A DNA stretch of 64,000 nucleotides from Ignavibacteriota bacterium (GTDB taxonomy: Bacteria > Bacteroidota > Ignavibacteria > UBA10030). Numbering within the stretch: the first letter of the stretch is position 1; the number at the start of each line of letters is the position of its first letter. The notes beneath the pieces were generated by a model. It did no database searches. It saw only the letters and a program-made list of their open reading frames with translations, and had not been told where the DNA came from. The position numbers and the translations under genes are program-made. Below, one piece after another: positions 43,097 through 53,016 of the stretch. The stretch lies in assembly GCA_963727825.1 (NCBI GenBank), contig CAVSHO010000009.1:256001-320000 (forward strand). The letters are read 5' to 3'.

Positions 43097-45781
43097 ATGA
43101 TTCGTTCCATCACGTGTTTTTCTATTCTCATTCTCCTTTCTACCGGTGCGCTCCTGGCGCAAATACCACCAATTATCGATAGAGAGATTTTTTTCGGTGA
43201 CCCTGAGATTTCCGGCGCGCAGCTATCGCCAGACGGGAAGTATATCACCTTCATCAAACCATTTAAGAACGTCCGGAATATCTGGATCAAAGAGCGAAAA
43301 GAGGCATTTGAAAAGGCACACCCACTCACCGCCGATACTACGCGCCCAATTCCTGGATATTTCTGGTCGCAGGATTCAAAGTACGTTCTCTATGTTCAGG
43401 ATAAAGGAGGGGATGAGAACTATCGTGTGTATGCAATCGATCCGACAGTCGCAGGCGATCCTGTTCCACCTGCACGCAATTTAACGCCGCAAGAAAAAAT
43501 TCGTGCGATGATCATCGATGTACCTAGGGTAAAACCTAATGAAATTATTGTCGGATTGAATGATCGCGATCCACAGCTTCATGATGTCTATCGAATCGAT
43601 CTTACTACCGGCGAACGAACGCTCATCCGGAAGAACTTGGAAAATATTGCCGGCTGGCAGACAGACCTAAACGGCGATCTCCGGCTCGGTGTGCGTCAGA
43701 CAAACGACGGCGGCATGGAAATTCTGAAAATAGTCGACACCGCATTGACCTCCATCTATACTGTGACGGCAGATGAATCGGTTGATCCGATCCGCTTCAC
43801 TCCTGACGGAAACAGCTTTTATATTGAAACCAATAAGGGGGACGCGCTCGACAAGACACAGCTGGAACTCTTTGATCTCAAGACCGGCACTACGAAGCTG
43901 GTCGAAAAAGATCCTAAGAACGAAGTTGATTTCGGCATGGCGCTCTTTTCGGATGTCACGAACGAATTGCTGGCAACAGTGTACCAGGGCGATGTGATTC
44001 GTGTTTATCCAAAAGAGAAATATTTTGCGAAGAGTTATAACCAATTAAAGAAACATTTTCCTAACGGTAACATCGGTATAGGCAGTACCACGAAAGACGA
44101 GAATCTTTGGCTCGTCAGTGTCAGCAGTGATGTGGATCCTGGTTCGACATATTTATTTGATCGAAAAACAGGCAAGGTGGAATTGCTCTACAAGTCGCGA
44201 CCGAATTTACCTTCAAAATATTTGGCATCGATGACAGCGATTCGTTATACGGGGCGCGATGGAATGGAAATTCCTGCCTATCTGGTATTACCTAAAGGAA
44301 TTCCTTCTAAGAAGCTGCCAACGATTGTCTTTCCGCATGGCGGGCCATGGTCACGCGACTACTGGGGATACAATGGCACCGCTCAATTTCTTGCAAATCG
44401 CGGATACGCCGTTCTCTTACCCAATTTCCGCGGCTCGACCGGTTATGGAAAGAAACTTTTAAACGCTGGAAATAAACAATGGGGCACCGGCTCGATGCAG
44501 CACGACATTACCGATGGTGTGCAATATTTGATTAAAAAGGGAATTGCCGATCCGAAACGGATAGGTATTTCAGGCGGATCATACGGCGGGTATGCAACAC
44601 TTGCAGGTCTAACCTTTACACCCGATTTGTACGCGGCGGGATTTGACATCGTCGGGCCGTCGAATATTATCACACTGTTGAATTCTATTCCCCCTTACTG
44701 GGCGCCTATGAAAAAGACATTTGCCGTGCGTGTCGGCGATAAAGATGATCCTAAAGATAAGGAAATGTTGGAAAAACAGTCTCCACTAAATTCAGCGCAG
44801 AACATCAAAGCACCGTTGTTCGTTGTGCAAGGAGCTAACGATCCACGTGTGAAAAAAGCTGAAGCAGACCAGATTGTCGTTGCGTTGCGCGATCTTGGCA
44901 GGCAGGTTGAGTACATTGTAGCGCCAGATGAGGGACATGGATTTGCAGGAAAAGAAAACCGTATTGCTATGTACACCGCAATGGAACAATTCTTCGCGAA
45001 GCATCTGAACGGTAGAGTGCAAAAAGATGTCCGGGATGTGATCCAGAAAAAATTAGAAGCAATCACAGTAGATGTGAAGACAGTGACCAAACCAAAACCG
45101 GTTGCCGAAGTGAGCAACGAATTGAAGCCAGTGTTCAACAGCACACTCTTGAGACCGGACACGCTCCAGTATGTTACGAATATGGAAATTAACAACCAAA
45201 AAATGAAAATAAGTTCTACACGGATGATCATGAAAGCAACAATTGCCGGAAAAGATATATGGCGAGTAGTGGAGAATTCTTCCGGCGCAATGGGTTCAGG
45301 AATAGACACTCTCGATATGGATGCTACATCATTGTTACCTATACGACGATCTGCAACACAAGGACAGGCAAAGCTCATGATTACCTATTCCGCTAATACA
45401 GTGGAGGGTAAAATACTTATGGGTCCGCAAGAAATGCCGATTAATGCGAAGACCAACAATACCGTTTTTCCAGACGGTGCCGGTATTGAACTTCCTTTGA
45501 GCACACTTCCTCTTGCCGAAGGATATAAAACAACCCTGTACCAATTTGAGATCATGTCGCAGAAGGAAAACGCAATGGGACTGGCAGTTGTTGCCTCGGA
45601 AAAGGTAACAGCTGCTGCAAGGGATTTCGATACGTGGAAGGTTGAACTGACTCCCAAAGAAGGAGAATCCGGTGGAATAAAGCTATGGATAGCAAAAGAT
45701 ACTCGGAGAATTGTGAAAACCGAAACGAAGCTCCCTGCACAAGCAGGTGGTGGTATAGCGACGACGGAATTGGCAAAGTAG
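43097..45781 (+). CDS. Secreted S9 (prolyl oligopeptidase family) peptidase with extra C-terminal domain
   Basis: AAGGAG RBS, signal peptide, PHGGPW, GGSYGG, QGANDPRV, DEGHGF; about 220 extra aa after a P/K-rich linker. Confidence 0.92.
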   Translation: MIRSITCFSILILLSTGALLAQIPPIIDREIFFGDPEISGAQLSPDGKYITFIKPFKNVRNIWIKERKEAFEKAHPLTADTTRPIPGYFWSQDSKYVLYVQDKGGDENYRVYAIDPTVAGDPVPPARNLTPQEKIRAMIIDVPRVKPNEIIVGLNDRDPQLHDVYRIDLTTGERTLIRKNLENIAGWQTDLNGDLRLGVRQTNDGGMEILKIVDTALTSIYTVTADESVDPIRFTPDGNSFYIETNKGDALDKTQLELFDLKTGTTKLVEKDPKNEVDFGMALFSDVTNELLATVYQGDVIRVYPKEKYFAKSYNQLKKHFPNGNIGIGSTTKDENLWLVSVSSDVDPGSTYLFDRKTGKVELLYKSRPNLPSKYLASMTAIRYTGRDGMEIPAYLVLPKGIPSKKLPTIVFPHGGPWSRDYWGYNGTAQFLANRGYAVLLPNFRGSTGYGKKLLNAGNKQWGTGSMQHDITDGVQYLIKKGIADPKRIGISGGSYGGYATLAGLTFTPDLYAAGFDIVGPSNIITLLNSIPPYWAPMKKTFAVRVGDKDDPKDKEMLEKQSPLNSAQNIKAPLFVVQGANDPRVKKAEADQIVVALRDLGRQVEYIVAPDEGHGFAGKENRIAMYTAMEQFFAKHLNGRVQKDVRDVIQKKLEAITVDVKTVTKPKPVAEVSNELKPVFNSTLLRPDTLQYVTNMEINNQKMKISSTRMIMKATIAGKDIWRVVENSSGAMGSGIDTLDMDATSLLPIRRSATQGQAKLMITYSANTVEGKILMGPQEMPINAKTNNTVFPDGAGIELPLSTLPLAEGYKTTLYQFEIMSQKENAMGLAVVASEKVTAAARDFDTWKVELTPKEGESGGIKLWIAKDTRRIVKTETKLPAQAGGGIATTELAK

Positions 45782-45821
45782 TAACTAAATAGCTAGGTCT
45801 TTGAGTATTGTAGATGCAAGG

Positions 45822-45849
45822 GCGGCTCTGGAAACAGAGCCGCTTTTTT
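45822..45849 (+). terminator. Intrinsic terminator of the S9 peptidase
   Basis: gcggctctg-gaaa-cagagccgc-tttttt. Confidence 0.88.
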
Positions 45850-45870
45850 AAATGGAGACAAAAGTTCAGG

Positions 45871-45948
45871 GCATAACTATTTGCTTTGCGCCATACTTAA
45901 CGCAGTGCACTCATTCGGCTAGCTTGAGCCGTTGGTTAGCTGGCGGTG
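45871..45948 (-). mobile_element. attC-like site (degenerate) immediately 3' of the ATPase stop codon
   Basis: Minus strand: TAA-caccgcc-AGCTAAC-caacg-GCTCAAGC-tagccg...GTTAAGT...GTTATGC. Confidence 0.6.
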
Positions 45949-47538
45949 TTATTTTTTATTTCTTGTTTCAAACTTTGATAAATCTAAGATAGCCCTTCTT
46001 ATTGCCCGATAATCATCTGGTGGGACTTCAATAAATTGAGGAGCAACATCTGATTTAGTGCCATCAATCTGTAGCAATCCTTCAGGTGCATGACTTGTAT
46101 TTAAAAGATCAACGTAGCAGCCATAATCAAGTTTATAGACGTCAAAGCGAACTCCAGGTTGGTCTTGTCCAGCAATATTCCTTTTCAATATGTGTAGAAG
46201 ACGGGAATCGAAAAGATAATCAATCAACTTGTTCTGAACATTTGCCTGCAATAGGAATGCTCTTGCGCGTCGATGTGCGATTACCTGCTCAATAATCCAA
46301 TGCAAAAGTTCCTTAGCTTCAATCTTAGAATTAATGGCGGCCTGTTTGTCTCGTTGGAACCATAGAAGTGCAGAGCTTCTAACAATGGGAACAGAAAATG
46401 GATTTGAGGCTGCTCTTTGAGCAGCTATCATTAAAATATTTATAAAATCTCTTGGAACGCCCTCTGACGCGCGTATGAATTCTTCAAATGCATTTCTTTG
46501 AGTAAATGCAACTTGAACAAGTTCAGAAGAAGATTTTGGCACTAGTGGAATTTCATCTTTATCAAGAACAGAAATAAAATGTTTGAAGAGGAGGTCTTGA
46601 AAAAATGTTGTTGCTCGCGTGGCATCATTGTCGAAAACCATAAAATCATCCAAGTTTACATCGGCAGATATATCGGCACCAAGTTCAACACCAAGATAAT
46701 CATTATCTAAACCTGCTTGCTTAAAATTAGATCTCTGCTCAATTGCCGCTATTTTCAAAGTAATATTACGTTGAGGCAAAATTGAACGCCGAAGTAAATC
46801 TGCAAGAATTGGTTGAAGATCGATAGGAATTGCACTCCATTCGTCAAGTAAGAACCAAATTCTTTTCCCAGATAATATGCCGACAAGTTTGGATAGAACA
46901 TTTCCTAATCTGCCAAAATGTACACGATGAATTATTGTGCCAGAATTTTTTATCCTAGCAGAACTACTTTCAGATGCTGCATGAGAATATTTTTGGGAAA
47001 TTGAAAGTTGAGGCACCTTAGGAGAAATTGAAAGCGACACAGAATTGTCTGAACTCGAAGTAGTACCATCGGATTGAATTGTTTCTTGTTCCACTTGCCC
47101 TACAACGGCCACCTCTGTTATTGCCTCAGCAAGCTCATCTAAGACGCCGCCAATTTGGCCTAAATTAAGTGACGAATTCGGTTTTGTAGCTGAATCAAGG
47201 ATTGATTCATGTATTGCAGCAAGTGTATCAAGTAAAAGGCGACTTCCTCTCTCAGCTAAAGGAATCGAAGTGTCAGAATATAAACCTCCTGTCGAACCGA
47301 TATTTCGAAGATCAAGATATACTGGTAAATCGGATGATTTTAATTTTTGTTCTGCTAAAAAAAGAAAAGCATGTGTTTTTCCAGTCCCTCTTCTCCCGTA
47401 AACTATCTGATGATCTGTCGAAGATAGCAGCGAAAGAAGTGCGCCAGCCTCAACGAAGGTCTGGACAAGGGTCGTTCGATCTGCTGTTTCCGATCTTCGA
47501 GTTAGACGAAGGAATATTTTGTTTATTAATTCATTCAT
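45949..47538 (-). CDS. P-loop ATPase, ORC/CDC6-like (STAND-related) family; cassette-borne
   Basis: IVYGRRGTGKTH Walker A, WFLLDEWS Walker B, SEGVPRDFINI, C-terminal YKLDYGCYVDL; AT-rich codon usage. Confidence 0.75.
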   Translation of the reverse strand: MNELINKIFLRLTRRSETADRTTLVQTFVEAGALLSLLSSTDHQIVYGRRGTGKTHAFLFLAEQKLKSSDLPVYLDLRNIGSTGGLYSDTSIPLAERGSRLLLDTLAAIHESILDSATKPNSSLNLGQIGGVLDELAEAITEVAVVGQVEQETIQSDGTTSSSDNSVSLSISPKVPQLSISQKYSHAASESSSARIKNSGTIIHRVHFGRLGNVLSKLVGILSGKRIWFLLDEWSAIPIDLQPILADLLRRSILPQRNITLKIAAIEQRSNFKQAGLDNDYLGVELGADISADVNLDDFMVFDNDATRATTFFQDLLFKHFISVLDKDEIPLVPKSSSELVQVAFTQRNAFEEFIRASEGVPRDFINILMIAAQRAASNPFSVPIVRSSALLWFQRDKQAAINSKIEAKELLHWIIEQVIAHRRARAFLLQANVQNKLIDYLFDSRLLHILKRNIAGQDQPGVRFDVYKLDYGCYVDLLNTSHAPEGLLQIDGTKSDVAPQFIEVPPDDYRAIRRAILDLSKFETRNKK

Positions 47539-47568
47539 AATATTTCTATATATAGTTATTATTTTTTG

Positions 47569-47671
47569 CACCGCCAGCTAACATGTAATTAGATAAACTT
47601 ATTCTATGTATCATTTTATCACGGATACAATATAGACTAAATTTATATTTTATTTATTAGATGCGTTATAG
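47569..47671 (-). mobile_element. AT-rich attC-like site upstream of the ATPase
   Basis: Minus strand CTATAAC...ATAAATTTA/TAAGTTTAT, TCTAT/ATAGA, TGTATC/GATACA stems...GTTAGCT-ggcggtg. Confidence 0.5.
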
Positions 47672-47899
47672 GCAGACATCTCTTCTATCATTGTAGGTTC
47701 TTCTTTGAAGTTGGAGAAAAGTAGTAGTTGTTTCGTACTCCCGCGTAGCTGCAACTACTTTGTGATAATGTAGCTCTGTTTAGAATCATTGTCAATAAGC
47801 CGGAGGCCTATTACTATCACGCGCGATGCGCGTGTCTGATCAAGAAAACTGCCTGCTCATGTTCATCCCACATTTCCGCACTTTTTTTTCTGCAACTAC

Positions 47900-47928
47900 T
47901 TGACAAGTCGTCTGCCAGATTGTATATT
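47900..47928 (+). promoter_or_regulatory. sigma70 promoter of the SAM riboswitch-metY-metA operon
   Basis: TTGACA-17-TATATT. Confidence 0.6.
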
Positions 47929-47989
47929 ATTAAAGCGATGGTAAAAGTTATTATCGCCCGGATTAGCAAACGATATAATCCGAAAATGC

Positions 47990-48111
47990 CTCTTATAAAG
48001 AAAGGCTGAGGGAACAGGCCCGTTGAAGCCTTAGCAACCGGTTCCGATTTAATCGGAATGCTGGTGCTAAAACCTGCCCGCGACATGATGTCGTCGAGGG
48101 AACGATAAGAG
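47990..48111 (+). ncRNA. SAM-I (S-box) riboswitch
   Basis: CTCTTAT..AAGAAAGGCTGAGGGA..GGCCCG.TGAAGCCTTAGCAACC...GGTGCTAA..CC...GATAAGAG upstream of metY. Confidence 0.92.
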
Positions 48112-48122
48112 AAGATGCTCAC

Positions 48123-48165
48123 AAGCCTCTTCAGGAAATCTTCCCGTTGGGGCTTTTTCGTTTTA
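48123..48165 (+). terminator. Riboswitch expression-platform terminator
   Basis: aagcctc...ggaa-atc-ttcc...ggggctt-tttcgtttt. Confidence 0.65.
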
Positions 48166-48180
48166 TAGGCGTTCAAATAA

Positions 48181-49512
<1,332 letters not shown>

Positions 49513-49542
49513 TTTATATAACAAATAAAAAAAAGAATAAAT

Positions 49543-49571
49543 AATTCCCTCTCCTATGAGGAGAGGGAATT
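49543..49571. repeat. CCCTCTCC/GGAGAGGG palindrome between metY and metA
   Basis: aattccctctcct-atg-aggagagggaatt 13-bp stem. Confidence 0.65.
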
Positions 49572-49638
49572 TTATCAGGATAATTGGTTTTTCTAAGAAG
49601 AAGAGAATAAACGACAAATATTCTACCAAGGAGATCTT

Positions 49639-50541
49639 ATGAGTGTTGTACTTCCAAACGAATATGAACATCGCAGCAAATTAGAGCAACGAGGCGTACT
49701 ATGCATTACTGAAGAAGAAGCCAATCGCGCCGACATTCGCCCGCTGCGAGTTGGAATTCTTAATATTATGCCAAAAGGTGAAACATACGAACCGTTTGTA
49801 CTTTATCCGCTTAGCCGCTCTATCATACAAATCGAACCGATCTGGATCCGGCTGCATTCGCACAATTATAAAAGCAGCGATTTGAATCATCTTGATTTAT
49901 TTTACGATTATTTCGAGAACGCTATTGCAAAAGCTCCACTGGATGGACTTCTCCTGACCGGCGCGCCAGTTGAGGAATTTGCTTATGAGGATGTTCATTA
50001 CTGGAATGAAATTACTACTATCCTAAAATTTGCGCAGCAAAAAATCACTTCCACACTCGGAATTTGCTGGGGCGGCATGGCACTTGCAAAAATGTTAGGG
50101 ATTGAAAAAGAAATATTCAAGGACAAACTTTTTGGTGCATTCGAGACCTGCAACCTTGACCGCTCGCATCCTGTTACCGGCGAGTTAGATGATATATTCT
50201 GGTGTGTGCAAAGCAGACACTCCGGAATTTCTGATCATATACTGGAAGATGAACAGAAAAATGGAAAAATCAATCTGCTTGCTCATTCCGAGAACGGCGG
50301 TTATACTATCTTCGAGAGCGTGGATCATCGCTATCTGATGCACTTAGGCCATCCTGAGTATGAAGCACAACGGCTTGTTGATGAGTACCGAAGAGATGTA
50401 TCCCTCGGAAGAAAAGATGTGAAATTGCCCGCCAATATAGATATCAACAATCCGATTAATCGTTGGCGAAGTCATGGATTAGAATTCTTCACACAGTGGG
50501 TTCGATTCATTTATGAACCGACAAGCAAAGAGGTGCGATAA
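49639..50541 (+). CDS. metA: Homoserine O-acyltransferase, MetA family (predicted acetyltransferase)
   Basis: DIRPLRVGILNIMP, TGAPVE, ICWG, GHPEY, NRWRSH. Confidence 0.92.
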   Translation: MSVVLPNEYEHRSKLEQRGVLCITEEEANRADIRPLRVGILNIMPKGETYEPFVLYPLSRSIIQIEPIWIRLHSHNYKSSDLNHLDLFYDYFENAIAKAPLDGLLLTGAPVEEFAYEDVHYWNEITTILKFAQQKITSTLGICWGGMALAKMLGIEKEIFKDKLFGAFETCNLDRSHPVTGELDDIFWCVQSRHSGISDHILEDEQKNGKINLLAHSENGGYTIFESVDHRYLMHLGHPEYEAQRLVDEYRRDVSLGRKDVKLPANIDINNPINRWRSHGLEFFTQWVRFIYEPTSKEVR

Positions 50542-50568
50542 TTAATTCAAAAAACGAAAAGCCTGCAC

Positions 50569-51444
50569 TTACTTTGAAAGGTTGGCGGTTACTTCTTTAA
50601 GATACTGATCCTGAGTGTTGGGGTTGATACAGTTTGCAATGCCGCAAAGATATCGATCGAATACCTGCAATCCAATAATTCCGTTGTGTGGATCACGAAT
50701 TTGATATTTATCGGTAGTTAGCCTCGTCACGATTTCCTTTGGAACGGCATTGAGATATTCTGCAAGCATCGCGTTTGCCTTTTCCGGCGTCGCCGACTCA
50801 ATTACAAATATTTTGAATGAGGAACTGTCTTTGTACATAGCCACGTATGCTGAATTCAAAAAGCTATATCCTAAAAAATTACGGGCAACATATTGTTCCG
50901 TGTTGGCCAGTTTCTTTTCTGCAGGAAATACTTGAAACAGTTTTGCCATCGTGTTGTTTTGTTTCAAGTGATCTGCAAGCATTCTGCCAATGGTCAGCAT
51001 TGCTTCTTGAGCTTTGCCTCCCGTTTGATATGTTGACAGCTTGATGTAATACGAACCGGTGAGGAAATTCAGGACGCCCTGCTGAAGATATCCCTGCACA
51101 CCCAATTGAATGAAGTTATATTCCGTATCCCGTTCCTGAGAATACATTCCAAACGCATTCACATCAGAACCGTGTCTATACAATTCCACCTTCACTTCTA
51201 TGCTATCTACACTAATATAGCGTGCTATGTGAAGATCAACAAAATCATACTCGAGGAACAGATCTGCGGCTCCGTCAATAATATCCCATAAATTATTCGC
51301 ATTATATACAGGATCGTCCTGCGTAATCTTCCAGTTGGGAATTTGCGGGAAAAGTGATTCCTGACCCCAGGACAAGGACACTGAGATAGATAGAAAGAAA
51401 AGTGCAGTACTTCCACAAAATAATATTGATCGCATAACTTTCAT
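50569..51444 (-). CDS. Exported protein, DUF6599-like
   Basis: Signal peptide, NLWDIIDGAADLFLEYDF, AFGMYSQER. Confidence 0.65.
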   Translation of the reverse strand: MKVMRSILFCGSTALFFLSISVSLSWGQESLFPQIPNWKITQDDPVYNANNLWDIIDGAADLFLEYDFVDLHIARYISVDSIEVKVELYRHGSDVNAFGMYSQERDTEYNFIQLGVQGYLQQGVLNFLTGSYYIKLSTYQTGGKAQEAMLTIGRMLADHLKQNNTMAKLFQVFPAEKKLANTEQYVARNFLGYSFLNSAYVAMYKDSSSFKIFVIESATPEKANAMLAEYLNAVPKEIVTRLTTDKYQIRDPHNGIIGLQVFDRYLCGIANCINPNTQDQYLKEVTANLSK

Positions 51445-51445
51445 T

Positions 51446-52660
51446 TTAAGAAATAAATTCTTCCGGAACAGCAGTCAATCTCATTACATCCTTTATTCGT
51501 TTTGAGATCGCAAAATTCTTTGAGCATTTCGCCGTGCATTGCACACAACCTTCACAAGGATTATTTGGAATGTTGAGGCTCATCAACAACTTTTGCGCTT
51601 GATGGCTGTCACGATATCCATACGTGTACATATACGCGCGCATAATTTCCGGAATCGGCAATCTCTTGGGACAATTTGGAACACAATGTTCGCATCCCTG
51701 GCAGTACAAACTGCCTTGCGATTTCCCAACAAGGATATCTGCTTCTTCTTGTGCGGTCATCTTTAAATCACGATTTACACTTGCATTCATTGCAAGTTGA
51801 TCGAAGTTTGTATTTCCAGGAATTGAACTCGTAATATTTTCATCCTGTAAAACAAACTTCAACGCCGCTTTGCAATTGATCGGTTGTTTCCGTTCTTTAT
51901 CATAAAAACCTCCTGCCATTGTTTTCATAGCAATGATTCCTATGCCTGCTTTTGCCGCTTTCGCTATCGTCTCCTTTAATTCTGCATAATGATCTTGCAT
52001 AAAATTGATAGATGTCAACACTACTTCATATACGCCACTATCGATTGCCGCTTGAATAACTTCCGATTCATTCTTATGCGTGGAAATGCCGATATGTTTT
52101 GCTTTTCCTAACTTCTTTGCGATCATCGCTGCTTCTAATATCTCTGGAGACAGAACAGCCTCGCGCGATGAAAGTCCATGTACATAAAGAATGTCTACAT
52201 ACTCCATTTTGAGACGTTTAAGACTAATATCTACCTTATCAATATATGCTTTGGTCATTGAACTTTTATCAAGTGATACGACAAATTTGCTTTTATCTTC
52301 CGGCGGAACTTTTGTGGCAAGAACAAAAGAATCACGCGGATAGTCTTTCAATACTTCACCAAGCATCTCTTCATTTTTACCGCCTTGATATCCATGCGCG
52401 GTATCAAATAGCATTATTCCTTCCTTTAGGGCGGCATGGACGAGAGCGGGACTGTCAGCGCGCATCACGCCAAAGCTCACAATAGGCAGATCAATTCCTG
52501 TTTTTCCAAGTTTGCGCTTAATAATCGGTTTATCCTTTTCCTCAGAATGGTCAGTAACAAAGCTGGAACTCGCAAAAGAAGTGGATGCAAGAAGTGCACT
52601 TGCACTGCCAAGCACAGAAGTCCGTAAAAAATTTCGCCTGTTGAGTTCGTCCAATTCCAT
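51446..52660 (-). CDS. Tat-exported aldo/keto reductase with C-terminal Fe-S domain
   Basis: NRRNFL Tat motif, RKLGKTG, FDTAHGY, AMKTMAGG, CQGCEHC...CP and CEGCVQC. Confidence 0.88.
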   Translation of the reverse strand: MELDELNRRNFLRTSVLGSASALLASTSFASSSFVTDHSEEKDKPIIKRKLGKTGIDLPIVSFGVMRADSPALVHAALKEGIMLFDTAHGYQGGKNEEMLGEVLKDYPRDSFVLATKVPPEDKSKFVVSLDKSSMTKAYIDKVDISLKRLKMEYVDILYVHGLSSREAVLSPEILEAAMIAKKLGKAKHIGISTHKNESEVIQAAIDSGVYEVVLTSINFMQDHYAELKETIAKAAKAGIGIIAMKTMAGGFYDKERKQPINCKAALKFVLQDENITSSIPGNTNFDQLAMNASVNRDLKMTAQEEADILVGKSQGSLYCQGCEHCVPNCPKRLPIPEIMRAYMYTYGYRDSHQAQKLLMSLNIPNNPCEGCVQCTAKCSKNFAISKRIKDVMRLTAVPEEFIS

Positions 52661-52879
52661 AGAAATTCTCCTCTGCTTTAAATGTGTATCTCTTCGGTTA
52701 AAGAATATTGTGAACTTTCCGATCAATTTACTGTAAAGAGTTTGCTAAAAATATTCTATTTAATCAATTTGAATTTGACCTAATTATGCAGAAAGTGGAT
52801 CAAAAAAGGATAGCTTCTCTTCAAAAGTTTATCGGAAAAAATCAATAAGCGAGATGAAATTGCCGGCATAATAGACAAT

Positions 52880-52915
52880 AAAAAAAGCTCGCCCCTGCAA
52901 ATTAAGGCGAGTTTT
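52880..52915 (-). terminator. Terminator downstream of the M13 peptidase
   Basis: ctcgcc...ggcgag stem with an A7 tract (U tract on minus strand). Confidence 0.55.
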
Positions 52916-53016
52916 GGAATAATAACTTCGTGCCAATAGAACTAAATTATTCTTTTGTAGCGATGACCATGGGTTCGGGTTGTGCAAAAGTATCAGAAAT
53001 AGTAATTACAATTAAG

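Noticed and set aside
32386-45864. Shared 15-mer aaatggagacaaaag at 32386 and 45850, both at edges of accessory inserts
   Set aside because: An A-rich 15-mer match is plausible by chance in 64 kb and there is no further similarity
47717-47901. Hairpin agtagttg/caactact and a 12-bp direct repeat ctgcaactactt
   Set aside because: Too short to assign; could be cassette-flank debris or chance
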